The notes under the pieces are model-generated. The model was not told where the DNA came from. It saw only the letters and a program-made list of their open reading frames with translations, and did not search any database. A program made the position numbers and the translations under genes. A DNA stretch of 63,241 nt, counting the filler, from Phoronis australis (lineage: Eukaryota; Animalia; Phoronida), in NCBI GenBank assembly GCA_002633005.1. It is 10 parts of 10 records of this genome, joined end to end, with 100 filler letters (N's around TTAATTAATTAA, not from the genome) between each part and the next. Parts side by side here need not be neighbours in the genome. Positions count along the whole stretch, not along the records: positions 22,486 to 49,472 come from NMRA01000673.1; positions 49,573 to 53,793 come from NMRA01002661.1; 8 more parts are not named here. One strand, written 5' to 3'. This document shows, piece by piece, positions 38,751 to 52,684 of this stretch (position 1 is the first letter of the stretch; each line of letters begins with the position of its first letter).

Positions 38751-41700
38751 CCGCTATGCTCTTATACATGGATGCAAGAAATTCATACTCCATTTATAAG
38801 GGTTAAGATACTGTATTTTAGTTCTTGGTGGGTTGTTTTTCCCCACAGTTGAAAAGAAGTTTGCTGATAGGGTAGCTTACACTTCTCTTTTTGGCAGACT
38901 TTGAAAAAAGTTCTTAAAATTTCCTCCATAGTTTTGAAGGTTGTTGGGGAGTTACAGAGCATCATGTGGTTTAAGGTAAGCCGTTTTAAGATATGTTACA
39001 GGTCAAAATATAGTTTGGTTTCCTTTAAAGCGGGCTTTTTTATTATGTAATAGAAAGAAGCAGAAACGTATAAAAGAAGTGTAAAATATATTGACATGAA
39101 TTAAGAATGACGTCAAAAAAGGATGACGTCATAGAAAACTATAGCATCACAACACCTCCCCGCCTTATTGATCGAATCTCTCGGACCTTCTCAAGTTGTG
39201 TGGCCTATATTCATTTCCCGTTATATGTCGTAGGTTTGAGCGTTTCTTCTTTTCCGATTTTCTCATTTGCATTTCTGTTGCCGTAGTTGAATTCTCTTCA
39301 TTCCTTGCTTGTCTGTCATCTGTGTTATATACGCAGGAATGGCCGAAGCTGAAGAGACAAGGGACAACTCATGTCCGTGTTAGATACTACTGTATTAGAC
39401 GCCGGGTGGCGCTATACATAACAACCTGTATCGGATTCTCCAATTGACAATAATGTGTTATCTCCAGAATCTGTATCTTCTTCAGAACAAGTGGCACTTG
39501 CAGGATTATTTTTCATTCTCTGATTGCGTGACCAACTTAGTTAGAAAGGCAAAATGCATGTATAGCGACTAGGTAAAGTAGGTTGAAAATTGGCAAATGA
39601 GAAGTAACTTAAAGGACGAGTTTTGAGACCATTAAGTGTCGTGACGTGGTGCTAGGGGAATAACACTACAGGGTGCGGACTATGTGGGACCTTGGGATAT
39701 GTTATTAGTGCGAAAGTCACGTACTTGCACATTTTTCTGTTTTCATATTTACAAGTTGTCAATGAATACAACTGAACTTTGTTCCGCGTATATTATGTTA
39801 AAATAGTATATATTATTGTTGTTTAGTTTCTGCTATATACGAGCATAGATAGTAGCATGCAAATGCATGTTTAAGAACGATATACTGCTAATAAATGACT
39901 GTGACGATTTTGTGTTGTTCCTGTGGCCAAGCAATCTCTGCACGTTCCAAGTCACAATATCACACTGTAGAACATCGTTCGTTTCAGCACGTGTCAGAGT
40001 CAAGTCGTTATCTTCTGTCGACTTGTTAGGTTCTCTAAATAAACTTTAGATTTATACTTATGAGATCCCTGCAGTATCTACACCACAAACTCTGACAAAA
40101 TCCTCCTGCCATAATCTGCTTCAAAGCGAGCCGGCCTGCTCACAATTTGCCCCCTGACTTCACCATCAACAACCTTATTTCCGGGTGAAAACTCTAAATT
40201 CCTTTGCAACATTCTCATGTAACCAAGTGCATGCACTGCAAATGTCAGTTTCATTAGGCCGCGTTCCGTAATCCTAACAAACTTGGGAAAGAACAAGTGC
40301 TATCATGCAGCAAAGCAGGGCAATATCTCGCAAAACGTGTAATCTTGCGTTTTGGGAGTTTCTTTTGTCTACGGGGTACGTGACTGAACTTTATGAAGTG
40401 GGCTCCGCGGCCTATGTACATGTATAAGTTTATCTTCCGTTGTCAAAAAAACAATTGCAGGGTGTTTCACATTCCACTTGACAGGAGAATTGCCGTGCCT
40501 GAATAGCGCAGTGTGGACTAGCTGCAATACAGTTGGGTTCCTGTCCGACTTCAGTAAGTGCGCATACATGTACGTTAGAATCAATTGAAAACTACGTCGT
40601 TCTCTGAAGCAGTTACTCTTCATTGAAAACCGTTTTCCTCACACCTCCCCGCTCAGTGACTTGAATTCCCAACAGTTGCCGAAAGAACAATCGTTTTACT
40701 TACCTCCGTCAAAAAACGATTTACTTCAGTGGAAGATAAGACCGAAAAGCAAAAACTCACTGCGTTCATTACGAATTTTCTTCTCCGGATTTAAGTACCA
40801 AGTCTGACTTCTGGTGTTAGCAAATTTTAGACCTTCAGTCTTCACTTTTCTCGAAACGGGCCTCTGTACACATGTAACTACTGCAGTCGGCTGGTATAGT
40901 GTATCTACCTTGCGGTGGTGTGGATGGTGATGGAGATGGAGGTCACGATCCTCTGCACAGAGAAATGGAATCATCTGACGACGATCACAAAGGATTGCAG
41001 TCAAATTACTGTGACTTGTATGGAAGCGTATAGGTGCCACAGCACCCACCCATATTTCAGCTTTAATTTTAAATCATTTTAATTGATCACCCAGGATATC
41101 TTTAATTACATTTCTTTTTCTTTTATGTGTATTTGAAAGCTTTGGTGATTCTTTCATTGATCGCTAATTTGTAGATATTTAATTATTTACCTCAGAAAAT
41201 TGTATGTACTGAGTTGGTGTTTGGTTCATTTCAAATGATGTTTTACCTACAACGCCAGCCAACAGCTTTGTAACTCCTCTTATCAAATTTCATTTTGATT
41301 AACAGAACAGGTGTTAATGTAGCCTTGATGCAAAATTGGAAACTACATGTAAGTCTGATACAATATTATTGTCAATAAAAACTACACTTTTCCTTGAATA
41401 AATTAAATTATTTACCTGTGTTCTAGAATTGGCGTTCTTCTGTTATGTTGCTGCTAAATTGTTGTGCAATCTTTTCCGTAGGCTTTCGACGACACCAATC
41501 ATTGCATGAACTAATGGCCGATTCTTCAGTCAACTGTTCTTTTTTCAACGATGTTGAGTACATGTCACTGTAAATTATCATAACTGGTTTCATTTCGTTA
41601 AAAGTCTTTGGCATTTTAGTACCAGCAAATCAATTTTCAGAAGAGCTGCATCGTCTACCGGGAGATGACGCAAAGAATTTTAGGAAATGCTTAGTGTGCG

Positions 41701-41974
41701 GTTCACGAGCGTATTCTTTTCAAAAATACGGCATACTTTTCTTTGTACAGTTACAAAAGTCGGAGAATTACACAAGAAAACGAAGCTAATTGCATTGTTT
41801 TTTTTTTTCATTGTAACGGCTTTAAAGGGCAAGTTGAGTGTCGGTTGACTCCCACATTTTGTATGACCCCTCGCCGATCGTTAGTTTCACATATTGATAT
41901 AAGCTTAACGACGAGGTGTTGATCAGAACTACCCGGCAGTATGAAGTGCTGGGGTTTACGGAGTTCAACACTCA

Positions 41975-43289
41975 ATGGTACCTAGCTGTATTTTGACGAA
42001 TGGCTTCATAGCTAGCTCGCTGGCTAAGCATAATGAAATTTTTGATGACCTAGTTCGACACACTCTTGATGGGCATGACGCACAGTGTGAACGCTGTAGT
42101 CAACCAAAGAGTGAGCTTGACGTAACCAGTACCTTTAACGTGGATGAACTAAATGACGCTGTTATCGCACATGAAATATTAAGGGCCATTGAGAAACTAA
42201 AGAATAACCAATCTCCCGGAGAAAACTGTATACCGGCTCAAGTCTACAAGGCCCTAGTAGAAATTCTCCAGAATCGTCTTAATAGACTGTAAAGTACCGG
42301 GCACTACCCATCCCAATTGACAAAAAGTATCATTGTCGCGCTATACACAAAAAATTAGACAGAGCTAATCCAAATAATTACAGAGATCTCCCTTATAGAT
42401 AGTATCACCTATTCTCTGTTCTCGGGTGGTTGAATGATCGAATAATACTAAATGCATCCTGCAAGAACAGGCAGGCTTTCTGATAACAGGCTGTCGGCCG
42501 ATAGCATTTTTAACCTACAGTATCATCCAGAAATATGTCACAGAACGGTAGGAGCGGGATACTGTTGTGCATTCATTGACTTTAACGATGCATTTGACGC
42601 CCTTTTAACCAAAGGTTTGAATGAAGAAATGTTTAACATTTTGCGCAACTCGCATAACTGTTCAATCGTGTAATGGTACAGTCACGGACCCCGACTTATT
42701 TTAACTGTGCAGTTGGTGTCCCGCAAGGATTTTCTTTAAGTCCCTGGCTGTTCTCGGTGTGTGCTTGCACATATTATGTGTCTGATACTAGAGAAAGTGT
42801 AGGCAGAGGCATACGCGTCTCCCCGGATTGCAGTATAGGTACTCTGTTTTTGATGACGATTTAAAAATTGGTTTTAAATACTGTTGCTTGTCTACAATTG
42901 AAGTTCAATGAACGTGCAAGTTAATTTGGAGAAAACAGGTGTTCTATTTAAGAGCGGAAGCATCCTTTCAAGAACTGAAAGGTATTTCTGTGGCAACTAG
43001 AAAATAGACATCAAATCGTATTGCAAGTACCAAGGAATCACATTCTTCTGAAAACTTAAATAGACGAGATGCTTTATTGTACTTGAAAGCCACGCTCGGA
43101 TAGCAATAAACGGCGGCAATGCTAGTCTGTCAAAATTTAACTGCACTTCCAACACAGTGCATTTTAAGCTCTTTGACTCCGTTATTATGCACATATTAAC
43201 ATATGGTGCAGAAATAGGGGGCACTTAAGTGTGCGAATCTATCGAAATGGCTCATAATGATTTCTAGAATACGTTCTGAGATTGACTAT
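41975..43289 (+). mobile_element. Degenerate non-LTR retrotransposon (LINE) reverse-transcriptase relic
   Basis: Fragments EILRAIEKLKNNQSPGENCIP, CAFIDFNDAFD and GVPQGFSLSPWLF lie in changing frames with stops. Confidence 0.8.
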
Positions 43290-43293
43290 TTAA

Positions 43294-44220
43294 ACAGTAC
43301 ACACCATGGATTTTTGCATATTTTGAATTACCGGTGGCCACAGACTAAATGTATGACGTAAAATTTAGCTAAACCCATGTTTATTTGTGTAATTAGCTCG
43401 AAAGTTTGATTGTTCTTTCAATTTTGCCAATTTTCACATTTCCCGCCATGTGACGTCATGGGTTGAACACAAGAGATCAGTGACTAGCATCGACCAATGG
43501 CGGAGAGCAGGGAATTTGAAAGTGACGACGATTATGAGCAAGAATTGAACGAATACTAAGAAGAAACGTACGGGAATGGTGACCAGGCTGAGGAAATGGG
43601 GTTGCACGACAGCGAGAACAAGATTAGTGTGCTTCCAGCTGCGTACTTTTCTACTTTGAGCCTTACGAACTGGATCCTCCCGCGAGAGAAGCTGCCTCGG
43701 GCTCAGCGAGTCAACCCAGTCATCACAGACGATCCTGAATTAAGAGCTGATGTTTCTGAATGATAAATATTGTCCTTTATTGAACTAGGCCTTCATCGTA
43801 ACGTCTCCTGTGACTGGAGTCGAAACACGAGTCCTCAAAGTGGGCAGAACACAGAGTGGCCCCGGACCGAATCGCTTGGTTCACGATAACGTCTCACTCT
43901 CTCGTTCGGCGCACGAAGCGATGCCACTTCTGCGCAACTTTGGTGTCCTTCGCAACACCGAGACGTTCTCCGCCTGGCTGCTGTTGCTGCAGCCTCCGGA
44001 AACACATCTTTTGATCCCTCTACAAACCTTCTCGACGCTAAATGTACTTTGCTTTCTCTTCACTCCATACACTTTGTCTCTGATCCGAACAGTATGGCAA
44101 ACGACTTGGGTTCAACCCATGACGTTGAACATAATTATTATTTTCTTCAATTTTTGCGTGTTTCTTTATAAGCTGTGCACTAAAGGCACTAAAATTAAGT
44201 AAGATATAATAATAAAATTT
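43294..44220. mobile_element. Kolobok-like deletion derivative with a THAP remnant
   Basis: Starts TTAA|ACAGTACACACCATGG, and the same left end occurs at 55578. A minus-strand remnant KRCVSGGCSNS resembles a THAP N-terminus. The right part matches 46210-46230 plus 47193-47362 in inverted orientation. Confidence 0.65.
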
Positions 44221-46176
44221 AACTGGAGATTAAGTACACAAAGCCATATCATCAGCATATCACAAAACTTTCACATCGGAAACATTTAGACATAGAAGAA
44301 TACCATCGTCATTACTAGAATGGATACATTCTACAAAGTCATTAGGTTTTTAAATAATCACCATGAACTCCAATAATAAACTTTCAAAGACAAGTGACTG
44401 TGTAGACTCGATCCCACACGTGGTCTGTAATGAAACCTTGGACAAATGTAGTATTGAAACAAGTGTTCAAATTTTACATAATGTTAAACTCGATAGTTGT
44501 TTTTTTTTTGTAAATTACATAGAAAATTAATTGTGCCACAGTAACAATTTACATGTTTGACACGCCTTCACGTGATGTGACCAACAAATGACCTGTGTGA
44601 ACACATATGAATACAATGCCTGCAACAAATTGTTTCTCAATATAAATGAGCTTCCCAGGTTGTACACGTGCGTCTGTTGATGTTAATTTTGCTTTTAAGA
44701 CTCGTTTTAATAGGTTAAATAGAAAACTCGCGCACTAAGTTGTACAAATATACTTTACTACAGTATTTAGAAAGATTTATAGCAACACTTTACACATCAC
44801 TTTTGGCTAGGGATATTCTCGTGCTACGACCTGTAGGATTCGGGTTAATCACAAGCGGGCAGAGCCTGATAGTGGAAAGCAATACGAGTTCCTGAATCGA
44901 AAGTTGACAGACAGGAAACAAAGAACACCGACCTATCCGTTTGGACCCGAAAGTATCATCGATACTTTAGTTTAATTATTTTTTCATTTTTCATTTTCCA
45001 CCTTGGTGGAAATAATTCAACCTAGGTGGGAACTATTTTCACTTGGGTGGAAATTATGTGTCAAGCCATAGCTGCACACCCTTTTGTACCACTCTAAAAA
45101 CGATGCTCTTTATTTTGTTTATTCATGTCAATCGGTTAGATCATTCTGCCACCACATGTTTGCAGACATATGTGTTAAAAGTGTTAGCATATACAGGACA
45201 ATCTGCAAGGAAATTTGCTTGACCCCGAAAGGTTTCCTTTTTAGTAGTTAATGTCGGCAATTATCAATTTGAGTCCGTTTAAGTTGTTGGTTTCTGTCAT
45301 CAACACAAAATTAATTTTAAACAGTCTTGGGTTCAGTGTGCTGGTCCACTTTAGGTTAACCTGGACGTATGCAAACTATTAAGGACAAACTTTGACGATC
45401 ACTTGGATATCGATGATCTGTCAAACTATTCAGTTATAAGATACCTCCGTCTTCAACTTCACATAACAAACGAATCAAGGAAAAAGAGGACGTTAAGTAG
45501 GAAAGGTTCTACTGCGCAACTAGTTTCACACCCGAGTGCTAGTTTGGAGACCACAGGGACCAGAGCTGTAAATGTTTCATGGAAAGTTACTAATTTGGAA
45601 TTTGTTAACCTTACCTGGACTGTACCTTATAGTATCATTTAATCCTGAATACTTTGTACTGTTATACGCTAGTTACTGAAGGTGATTTTCATTGCAATGG
45701 TCATACACATATACGTATTTTAATGAGAAATTCTGTGTTGTATTACACTATTGGTTAGTGACATTTCTGATACTGCTGACAATTATACTCTAATTACAAA
45801 CAATGTTACGTAATTTTTAAGACTGGTGTATAATTAATTAATCATGTTGGTTGTTTACCATAATTTGTATCCTCTTGTGAATCCATAAGATGTGATTCAT
45901 CGTACGTCTTTCACCATTTGTGGGATATTTATAATACTATCTGTGCCTTTTGTTGCTAGTTGTGTAACTTTAAGTCTTTGAAACCTGTCAGCAAGGTAAG
46001 GGTGAGGCTTTTGGACAACAACAATAATCTGTCATTTAATTATCGGAAATTTCTCAACGTTCTACACCATACACTATATTTGTTAATGGCTTGGGTTCGT
46101 TGCTGAAATCCGGCAACTTTATTCAGCGAGTTGTTTTGGAACTAGGAGTAATACGTAATAACACTATCTCTGTTAA

Positions 46177-47362
46177 AGTGTACACAACATGACTCTAGTA
46201 CCTCAAAATAAATTTTATTATTATATCTTAAGGCCCTGTCACACCTTGACGATTTAGCCAGCGTATGCCGACATATCAGAATTTCCCTAAAACGCTGGCA
46301 TACGCTGAATTATCGATTATTTTTTTCCATTTTGGGCGTATACATAGCGTATTCATAACGAGTTGGACGTATACATAACGTATCAGTAAATTATATAGAA
46401 CGTTTCGATAACTTATAGATAACTTATTCCAACGAATGCCTAGCGTGTTGCCGGCGTACACAACTTATGCCCAACGATAGTCTAACTTATGCATAGCGTG
46501 CAGCAGCGTATTGCCGAAGATCACGTGTCGTAGTCTATAAAAAGGTTAAGGAGAACAGCTAGTAGGTATTCTCGTCTCAGCCTTGCCGGATCCTCCATCT
46601 CTCGGATGATATGAACATCTGCTCACCATGAAATCTAAAGGAGTACTGACGGCTTCCTCCTGTGAACCCCATTTTTATACCCCAATTCCCTTAAACGCTA
46701 CCAATACGCCATTATACGGCAGCTGTACGTTAGAAACACGTTCAGTAAGTTCTGTTGTCGTCCGGAACATGTTAAATACGTCTACATACGTCAATATGCG
46801 TAGGAGATAAGTTCGATATAAGTTATACATACGTTCAAAGCACGTTACTCATAAGTTTTGGGTACGCTAGACATTATCTCGACGTATTTGGACTTATGAG
46901 TAACCTACACTTAACGTGTTTGAACGTCTGTCAACGATCGCATAACTTACCTATTACTTATGGCCTGCGTATACGGAACGTATAGCCATACGCTGACATA
47001 CGTTGAGAAATTTTGAGCATGCACAATATTTTTCGACGACCTCGACGTACTTCGACGTATACCAACGTGCTTCAGCGTGCTGTTAACGTATACAAAACTT
47101 ACCCATAACTTATTCGACGTACGCCAGCGTATTTGCCAAATGTTTCATACGTCAGCATACGCTGGCTAAATCGTCAAGGTGTGACAGGGCCTTTACTTGA
47201 TTTCGGTGCCTTTAATGCACAGCTCATAAAGAAACACGCAAAAAGTGAAAAAAATAATAATTATGTACAACGTCATGGGTTGAACCCGGGTCGTTCGCCA
47301 TACCGTTCGGATCAGAGACAAAGTGTATAGAGTGAAGAGAATGCAAAGTACATTTAGCGTCG
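46177..47362 (-). mobile_element. Inverted right-end fragment of the same Kolobok-like family, interrupted by a MITE
   Basis: Begins TTAA|AGTGTACACAACATG (TIR-like). The sequence either side of the 46231-47192 insertion matches the reverse complement of 44033-44220. Confidence 0.65.
46231..47192. mobile_element. PIF/Harbinger-type MITE (962 bp)
   Basis: Perfect 37-bp TIR AGGCCCTGTCACACCTTGACGATTTAGCCAGCGTATG and a 3-bp TSD TTA (46228-46230, 47193-47195). Confidence 0.9.
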
Positions 47363-47363
47363 A

Positions 47364-49399
47364 ATATTGAGGAGCGCTGTACTCGTACCATTCTACATAT
47401 ATATTGAGGAGCGCTGTACTCGTAGCATTCTACATATATATTGAGGAGCGCTGTACCCGTAGCATTCTTAATTATAATTTTAGCTGACAACCCGCCTGCC
47501 ACAATTCCTTTGCTCTTCGGCTGTCAGTGAATTGCGCAATTCTTGAAATCATAGTGGTCACTATGTTTTAGGAGCCCCAATATGTCCACATTTAGGACAT
47601 AGATGTGATATCCTCTTGATATCCAAAGCAATCCGGTCAAACTGGCCAAAATATATCAAGTGCCCAGAGTGATTTTTCGAGTCTAAAGTATTGTTATTAG
47701 ATGTAGGGTTGTTTTACATATTACATTCCATGGATCAAACGATCCACCTGAGTATTGGCTGCTCACTAGGAAGTTCTGCAAAAAGTGTATGTTCTCCGAG
47801 AGTGTTACCTGCCATTTTTTAGAAATGAGAACAACAAAGCAAACCCGCAAGAACTGCACAGGCGATGAAGAACGATTAGTTTAGGGAGGAACACTGGCTG
47901 ACACCACAGCAGGATAAAGGTTTTTCATGCTTGGCTGCCTTGACCCGCGCTGGCAAATTGTCGAATTACATGTATGGAGATAATAAAGTTGACTCTCAGT
48001 GATGCCGAGGAATACTTCAGATTTATTCTTCGCCCAAAAACTGTGCAATCTGTTGGGTTTCGGGGGTGATTTAACCAATTGCTTTTGATGTGATATTGTA
48101 GTAACTGAGGCAAATGCAAAATTCAATGTATCAACACATGTTGCGATTTTTTCAGTAAAGTCAGGATATTTAGTCGGTAGTCAGGTGGAAACAATGTTTT
48201 ACAGTTAACTAAAGATGCTGGTATTTCAGTTTCTATCTTTCAAATTCATTTTACACTCCACCTCACTTAACTAAAAAGTGAGGCTTTATCTGAGTGTTGA
48301 CTTATGTACAAGCCAAAGGAAGCGTCATCACTTATTCAGACGGCCGAGTTACATGTACCATATGTGATGACAAATTCAGTGAGTGCCTATGTATTTTGAA
48401 AGGTTAACTTTGGGAGTGTCATGCTTGAACTAATTCACTGGCATTTAGATGAAAGAACACATTTCGATATCTCGTTTTTATAGGCTACATTGTACCACTT
48501 AATAGGATGATAAGTTTTAAAAAAGATTACCTCCACATTAAATATCATTTTTTACTTTAATTTTGGCCAACATGGTGTACATGTATGCAGACTGTCGAGT
48601 TACGTGTAAGGTATGTGATGTTGAGTTAAGCGAGGTGCTGAAGTCACCTGTAGTTTGAATGGTTAACATCAGGAAGGTCATGATTGAGCCAATTCACCGG
48701 CATTTAGATCAGTTAACACGTTTAGATATCTCGTATTTCACCATGCTGCTTTGTATAAATTAACTGGGTGATGAGTATTGAACCAGATTCTAGTCACATC
48801 AAATATCATTTTTGAATTTAAAGTGGTCCAACAATGTATATACAGACTGACAAGTCATGTGTACAGTATGGGCTGAGGAGATCATCGGGGTTAATTGTAC
48901 ATGTATTTTGAACAGTTAACATTAGGAGTGTCATATTTGAGCCAGCCCACTATCACTTAGATCAGTTACCACTTTTAGGTAACTCTCCTGTGATTTTGCC
49001 GAGGAAAAGATTAATAGTCTTGTTATTAAATCGACACAAAGACTAGCAATTAGAACCCACTATGTACAAAGCTCTATTTGGAACTCGAAACTGTTTTCAA
49101 AGTTATTTTTATTGTGAGTCTGCTGAGAAGTCATGACCAAACATGAGCAACAATTGAATGCTTGTCGTGTACTAATGTACTTTATACTGAAAACAGACTT
49201 TATCATCCTCACTTCTTTTATGTTACCTCTGTAGTGGACGAAAATCTGAAAATACTTCAAACAGATAGCACTCATATACTCAAATAGAGGTTGATCACGC
49301 AGAATAGGTTACCACTGCCCTCTAGAGGATTAGGATGTGATTCCACATATTTAAACTTCGCACATCTACTGTAGTCACACAAACTTAGTTAATCAAGTA
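47364..49399 (+). repeat. ~2-kb interspersed repeat, copy 2
   Basis: Direct repeat of 26935-28929, with three 37-bp units instead of two. Confidence 0.9.
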
Positions 49400-50645
49400 C
49401 CGTAATCGTTCGGGTTAACGCCCATGCTCAGTTAACCGCCCACCCCCTACTTTAGGTGAATTTCGATTTAACNNNNNNNNNNNNNNNNNNNNNNNNNNNN
49501 NNNNNNNNNNNNNNNNTTAATTAATTAANNNNNNNNNNNNNNNNNNNNNNNNNNNNNNNNNNNNNNNNNNNNAGGTCACCGACAAATTGTCGCCTGTTAT
49601 CAGGTTTACATCACCATCGCGAGGCACCTGACAACCAGTGCAGTGTGCCGTGTACACACACCTTGAGCAATGTAGTCCCTGTCAAAGGAAAGGCGAGATT
49701 ACTTATGACACATAACACATGGTTTGTCATATTGTTAAGGCAGCAAGCCAGCAGGCAGAGGAGTTAAAATTAGTCTTTGACATCAACGAATCAAGACTGG
49801 GTGTCGCGCAGCACACACACAACTTTCTAAAAATTTAAAAGTACTTCTGAGGTCAGTCAAAGTTCAGGGAACGTCCCAGTCCTGTCGCAGACAGTGTGTG
49901 CTCATTTGGTTATGAATTGCCAGACAAAATTTAAACAATTTTTTGTCATAAAGAAACATCACTGTCATGTATTGTAGTTTAGACACGACAAATTGTTCAG
50001 GACTACAGATATAAAGCTCTCATTAACATCAAGCGACTCGGGGTTCACGGCCCAGTAGAACTTGAACATGAAGCGTGTTCAATAGAGTGAGCGCCCGCGA
50101 GCGATTTGAGCGCCCTCGTCCTGAACAGCTGTGTTCACGTTAGCGCTCGCGAGCGCTCGCGAACAACCTCGAGAGCATGTTCGCTTAGATTTCCAAGATG
50201 GCGTCCTGCGAAGGCTTCACGTCTGCAACATATGAACCCATTATGGTTCTGCAACACGAAAACTAACCTCAAAAGTTGACCGACTCATCCGAAACTGCGA
50301 CTTAAATTGCGGGTCGCTGTAGCGAGGAACAGTTTCCTCGACGTAATTTTCGNTGGACACCAGGACAGGATGACAATATGAACTCCATGTATACATAGCG
50401 AGCGCACAAACAATAAATCAGGTTGCACATGCCTTTAACAGTATCAACAAGCTTATTGAGTGTCTGTCATTCATCAAAATTTGTGACTGATAAAAAAAAA
50501 CACAAGATCTGTGCATTATAAATTAAACCAAAATTACTAACAGGTGTAAAACTTGAGCACAAACCTTATAGCATAAGTGTACCTTCGTAAATGACATAAC
50601 TTGGCTTAAGGTTATATAGGACCTCAATGAAGGACCTAAACTCTA

Positions 50646-52684
50646 AGTCAAGTATCGAAAAAACTATGCTTTGTCAACCATTAATCAACCATCATCCGTT
50701 ATGTCCCAAAAATGGTAACAGTTAGGATTTAGCTTTAAAATGCCTAGTTTTCGAGTACTGAGCGATATGCGAATAAGACCACTGTTTTTTTTACAAGAAT
50801 GCTTTGTGTTTTGCGAGTTAATTTATCATAAAGCCAGAACTAAGTGAATAATCAAAAATTCCTAACAACATTCTTGAGATGTAACATATTAAGTTTTCAT
50901 TTAAAATTTTTTAATAAAATCTGATGGGAGTTACTTTACTATGAACGTACCTTTCTTGCACATAAAAATTTGACTTAAAAGACATGGTAACTTGACAATA
51001 ATAAAGACACAATAGTCAGAAGCATGTTTTTAGAATCCTCTTTTTACAACATATGTGACCCACCACCACAAAATGAGTCTTAAGTCGGGATTTGACATTT
51101 TTTTAATTGTTATATTTTCTGAAAATACAGTGTTTTCTGATCATTTTGAGGTATGAAACATGTCCCTATCTTCACAAATGACCGAGTTATTGCCAATTCT
51201 AGTCGGGGAAAGCGAAAATTTAGAGCTTTCAAAAGTCAAGGAAAATGGCCGACAAAAAGTGCCGATAGTGTCTTTAAAATTTCCATAGCAACCTGCAGTT
51301 GAATGCTACATTTCAGACTTATTAGTATGCACAACAACATAAACAAATAAAACTAATAAAAAATTAGAAAGAATATAGACCTTATTATGTAATCTCAGCC
51401 AAAAAGGAGTGATATTCATGTTGGGTTGCTGCAACTGGGTCAATAAATTTCCCACCTAATGTGTACAGGGTCAGTCCACTTGTGACAGGAGGGGTTACCG
51501 CAAGTAAAACAAGTAGTTAAAGTGTATTTTGGAGAAATTTAATAAAATGAAGTCCTGTAGATTACAAAATACACGTTCGTGGCTGATTTTTGTTCGAAAT
51601 AATTCAAAATTTTACGCTAGTGTGAATAATTTTGAAAAAATGACAATCACTCATCCCTATCCAAGTCCACTGACACTGCCTGAAGAGCAACGATTTCTTC
51701 GACTTCTCACCGAGTGATTCAGCCCTATCGAAGATTGTTCTCTCTTGCAGTAATATTCAGCTGCTTGCACCCCGATCGACTGGCTTTGCAGATACAAGAC
51801 ATTGTTGTGCGATTAAGCTAATCCGGACTGTTTTCTTCAAGTTCTGTTTGTTCCAATCCAACGACTTGGAATCCAACGTAACCGTATTCGCGATGGGTCG
51901 ATCATGAAACTCCTCTGGCGACGAGTTGCTGCCGTCAGACGACTCGTCGCTGTCACGAAATCGCTCCTTGTCTCCATCAACAAATGTGCTCTTTGATGAG
52001 TTCAGTTACTTCTCGCTGATCTTGATACGGCAGTCACAGGCAAGAGTTAATCACTGAGATATCAGCTACACGGCGACCAGCCATCTTACTGTCTTGAAAA
52101 CATGCCGTGACCTCGCGACCCCACAGTTTCACACCCACTTAACTAGTTCTAGCGAATGAGGTCAGCGATGCATTGGGTTAAAAGGTCGTTGCTAGCTAAA
52201 AGACTGGTGAGTGACACTTCTGTTGAAAATACCCCGAATGCAAAAAGTGAAATAACGACTGATGATTGGACGAAAAACTCAAAGAGCTTACTACATGCAT
52301 AATGAGCAGAGTTTGACCTTTCTGTTGATGTGTTTACGAGCGAATTGGGTCATCGGAAGACTGAGCAATGAGGACACGAAAACCGGCAAATTTCGATGAA
52401 AATTTCACGAGATATGCAGTCGTGGAGAAGGTGATGTTTTTCAAAATGAAGTAAATAAGATTTAAAATGAAGTTTGCTTGTTTTAAAGTATTGTTTTGTG
52501 AAGTAGAATGAATAAATAATCATAATCTGCAATAAAAAAATTTGACCTAATTTTAACCGATAGCGACTGTTTGCAGTCTGGTCGGGAAATATTGTTTCCG
52601 ACTTAAGACTCATTTTGTGGTGGTGGGTCACATATATAATATACTTTTAATGGTTGACAAAGCATAGTTTTTCGATATTTGACT
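50646..52684. mobile_element. TA-flanked host MITE (~460 bp of its own sequence) carrying a nested element
   Basis: ~40-bp TIR AGTCAAGTATCGAAAAAACTATGCTTTGTCAACCATTAA, with its reverse complement at ~52647-52684 and TA on both sides. Confidence 0.75.
51054..52632. mobile_element. Nested non-autonomous DNA transposon (1579 bp)
   Basis: Perfect 35-bp TIR TGTGACCCACCACCACAAAATGAGTCTTAAGTCGG, flanked by TA. Confidence 0.88.
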
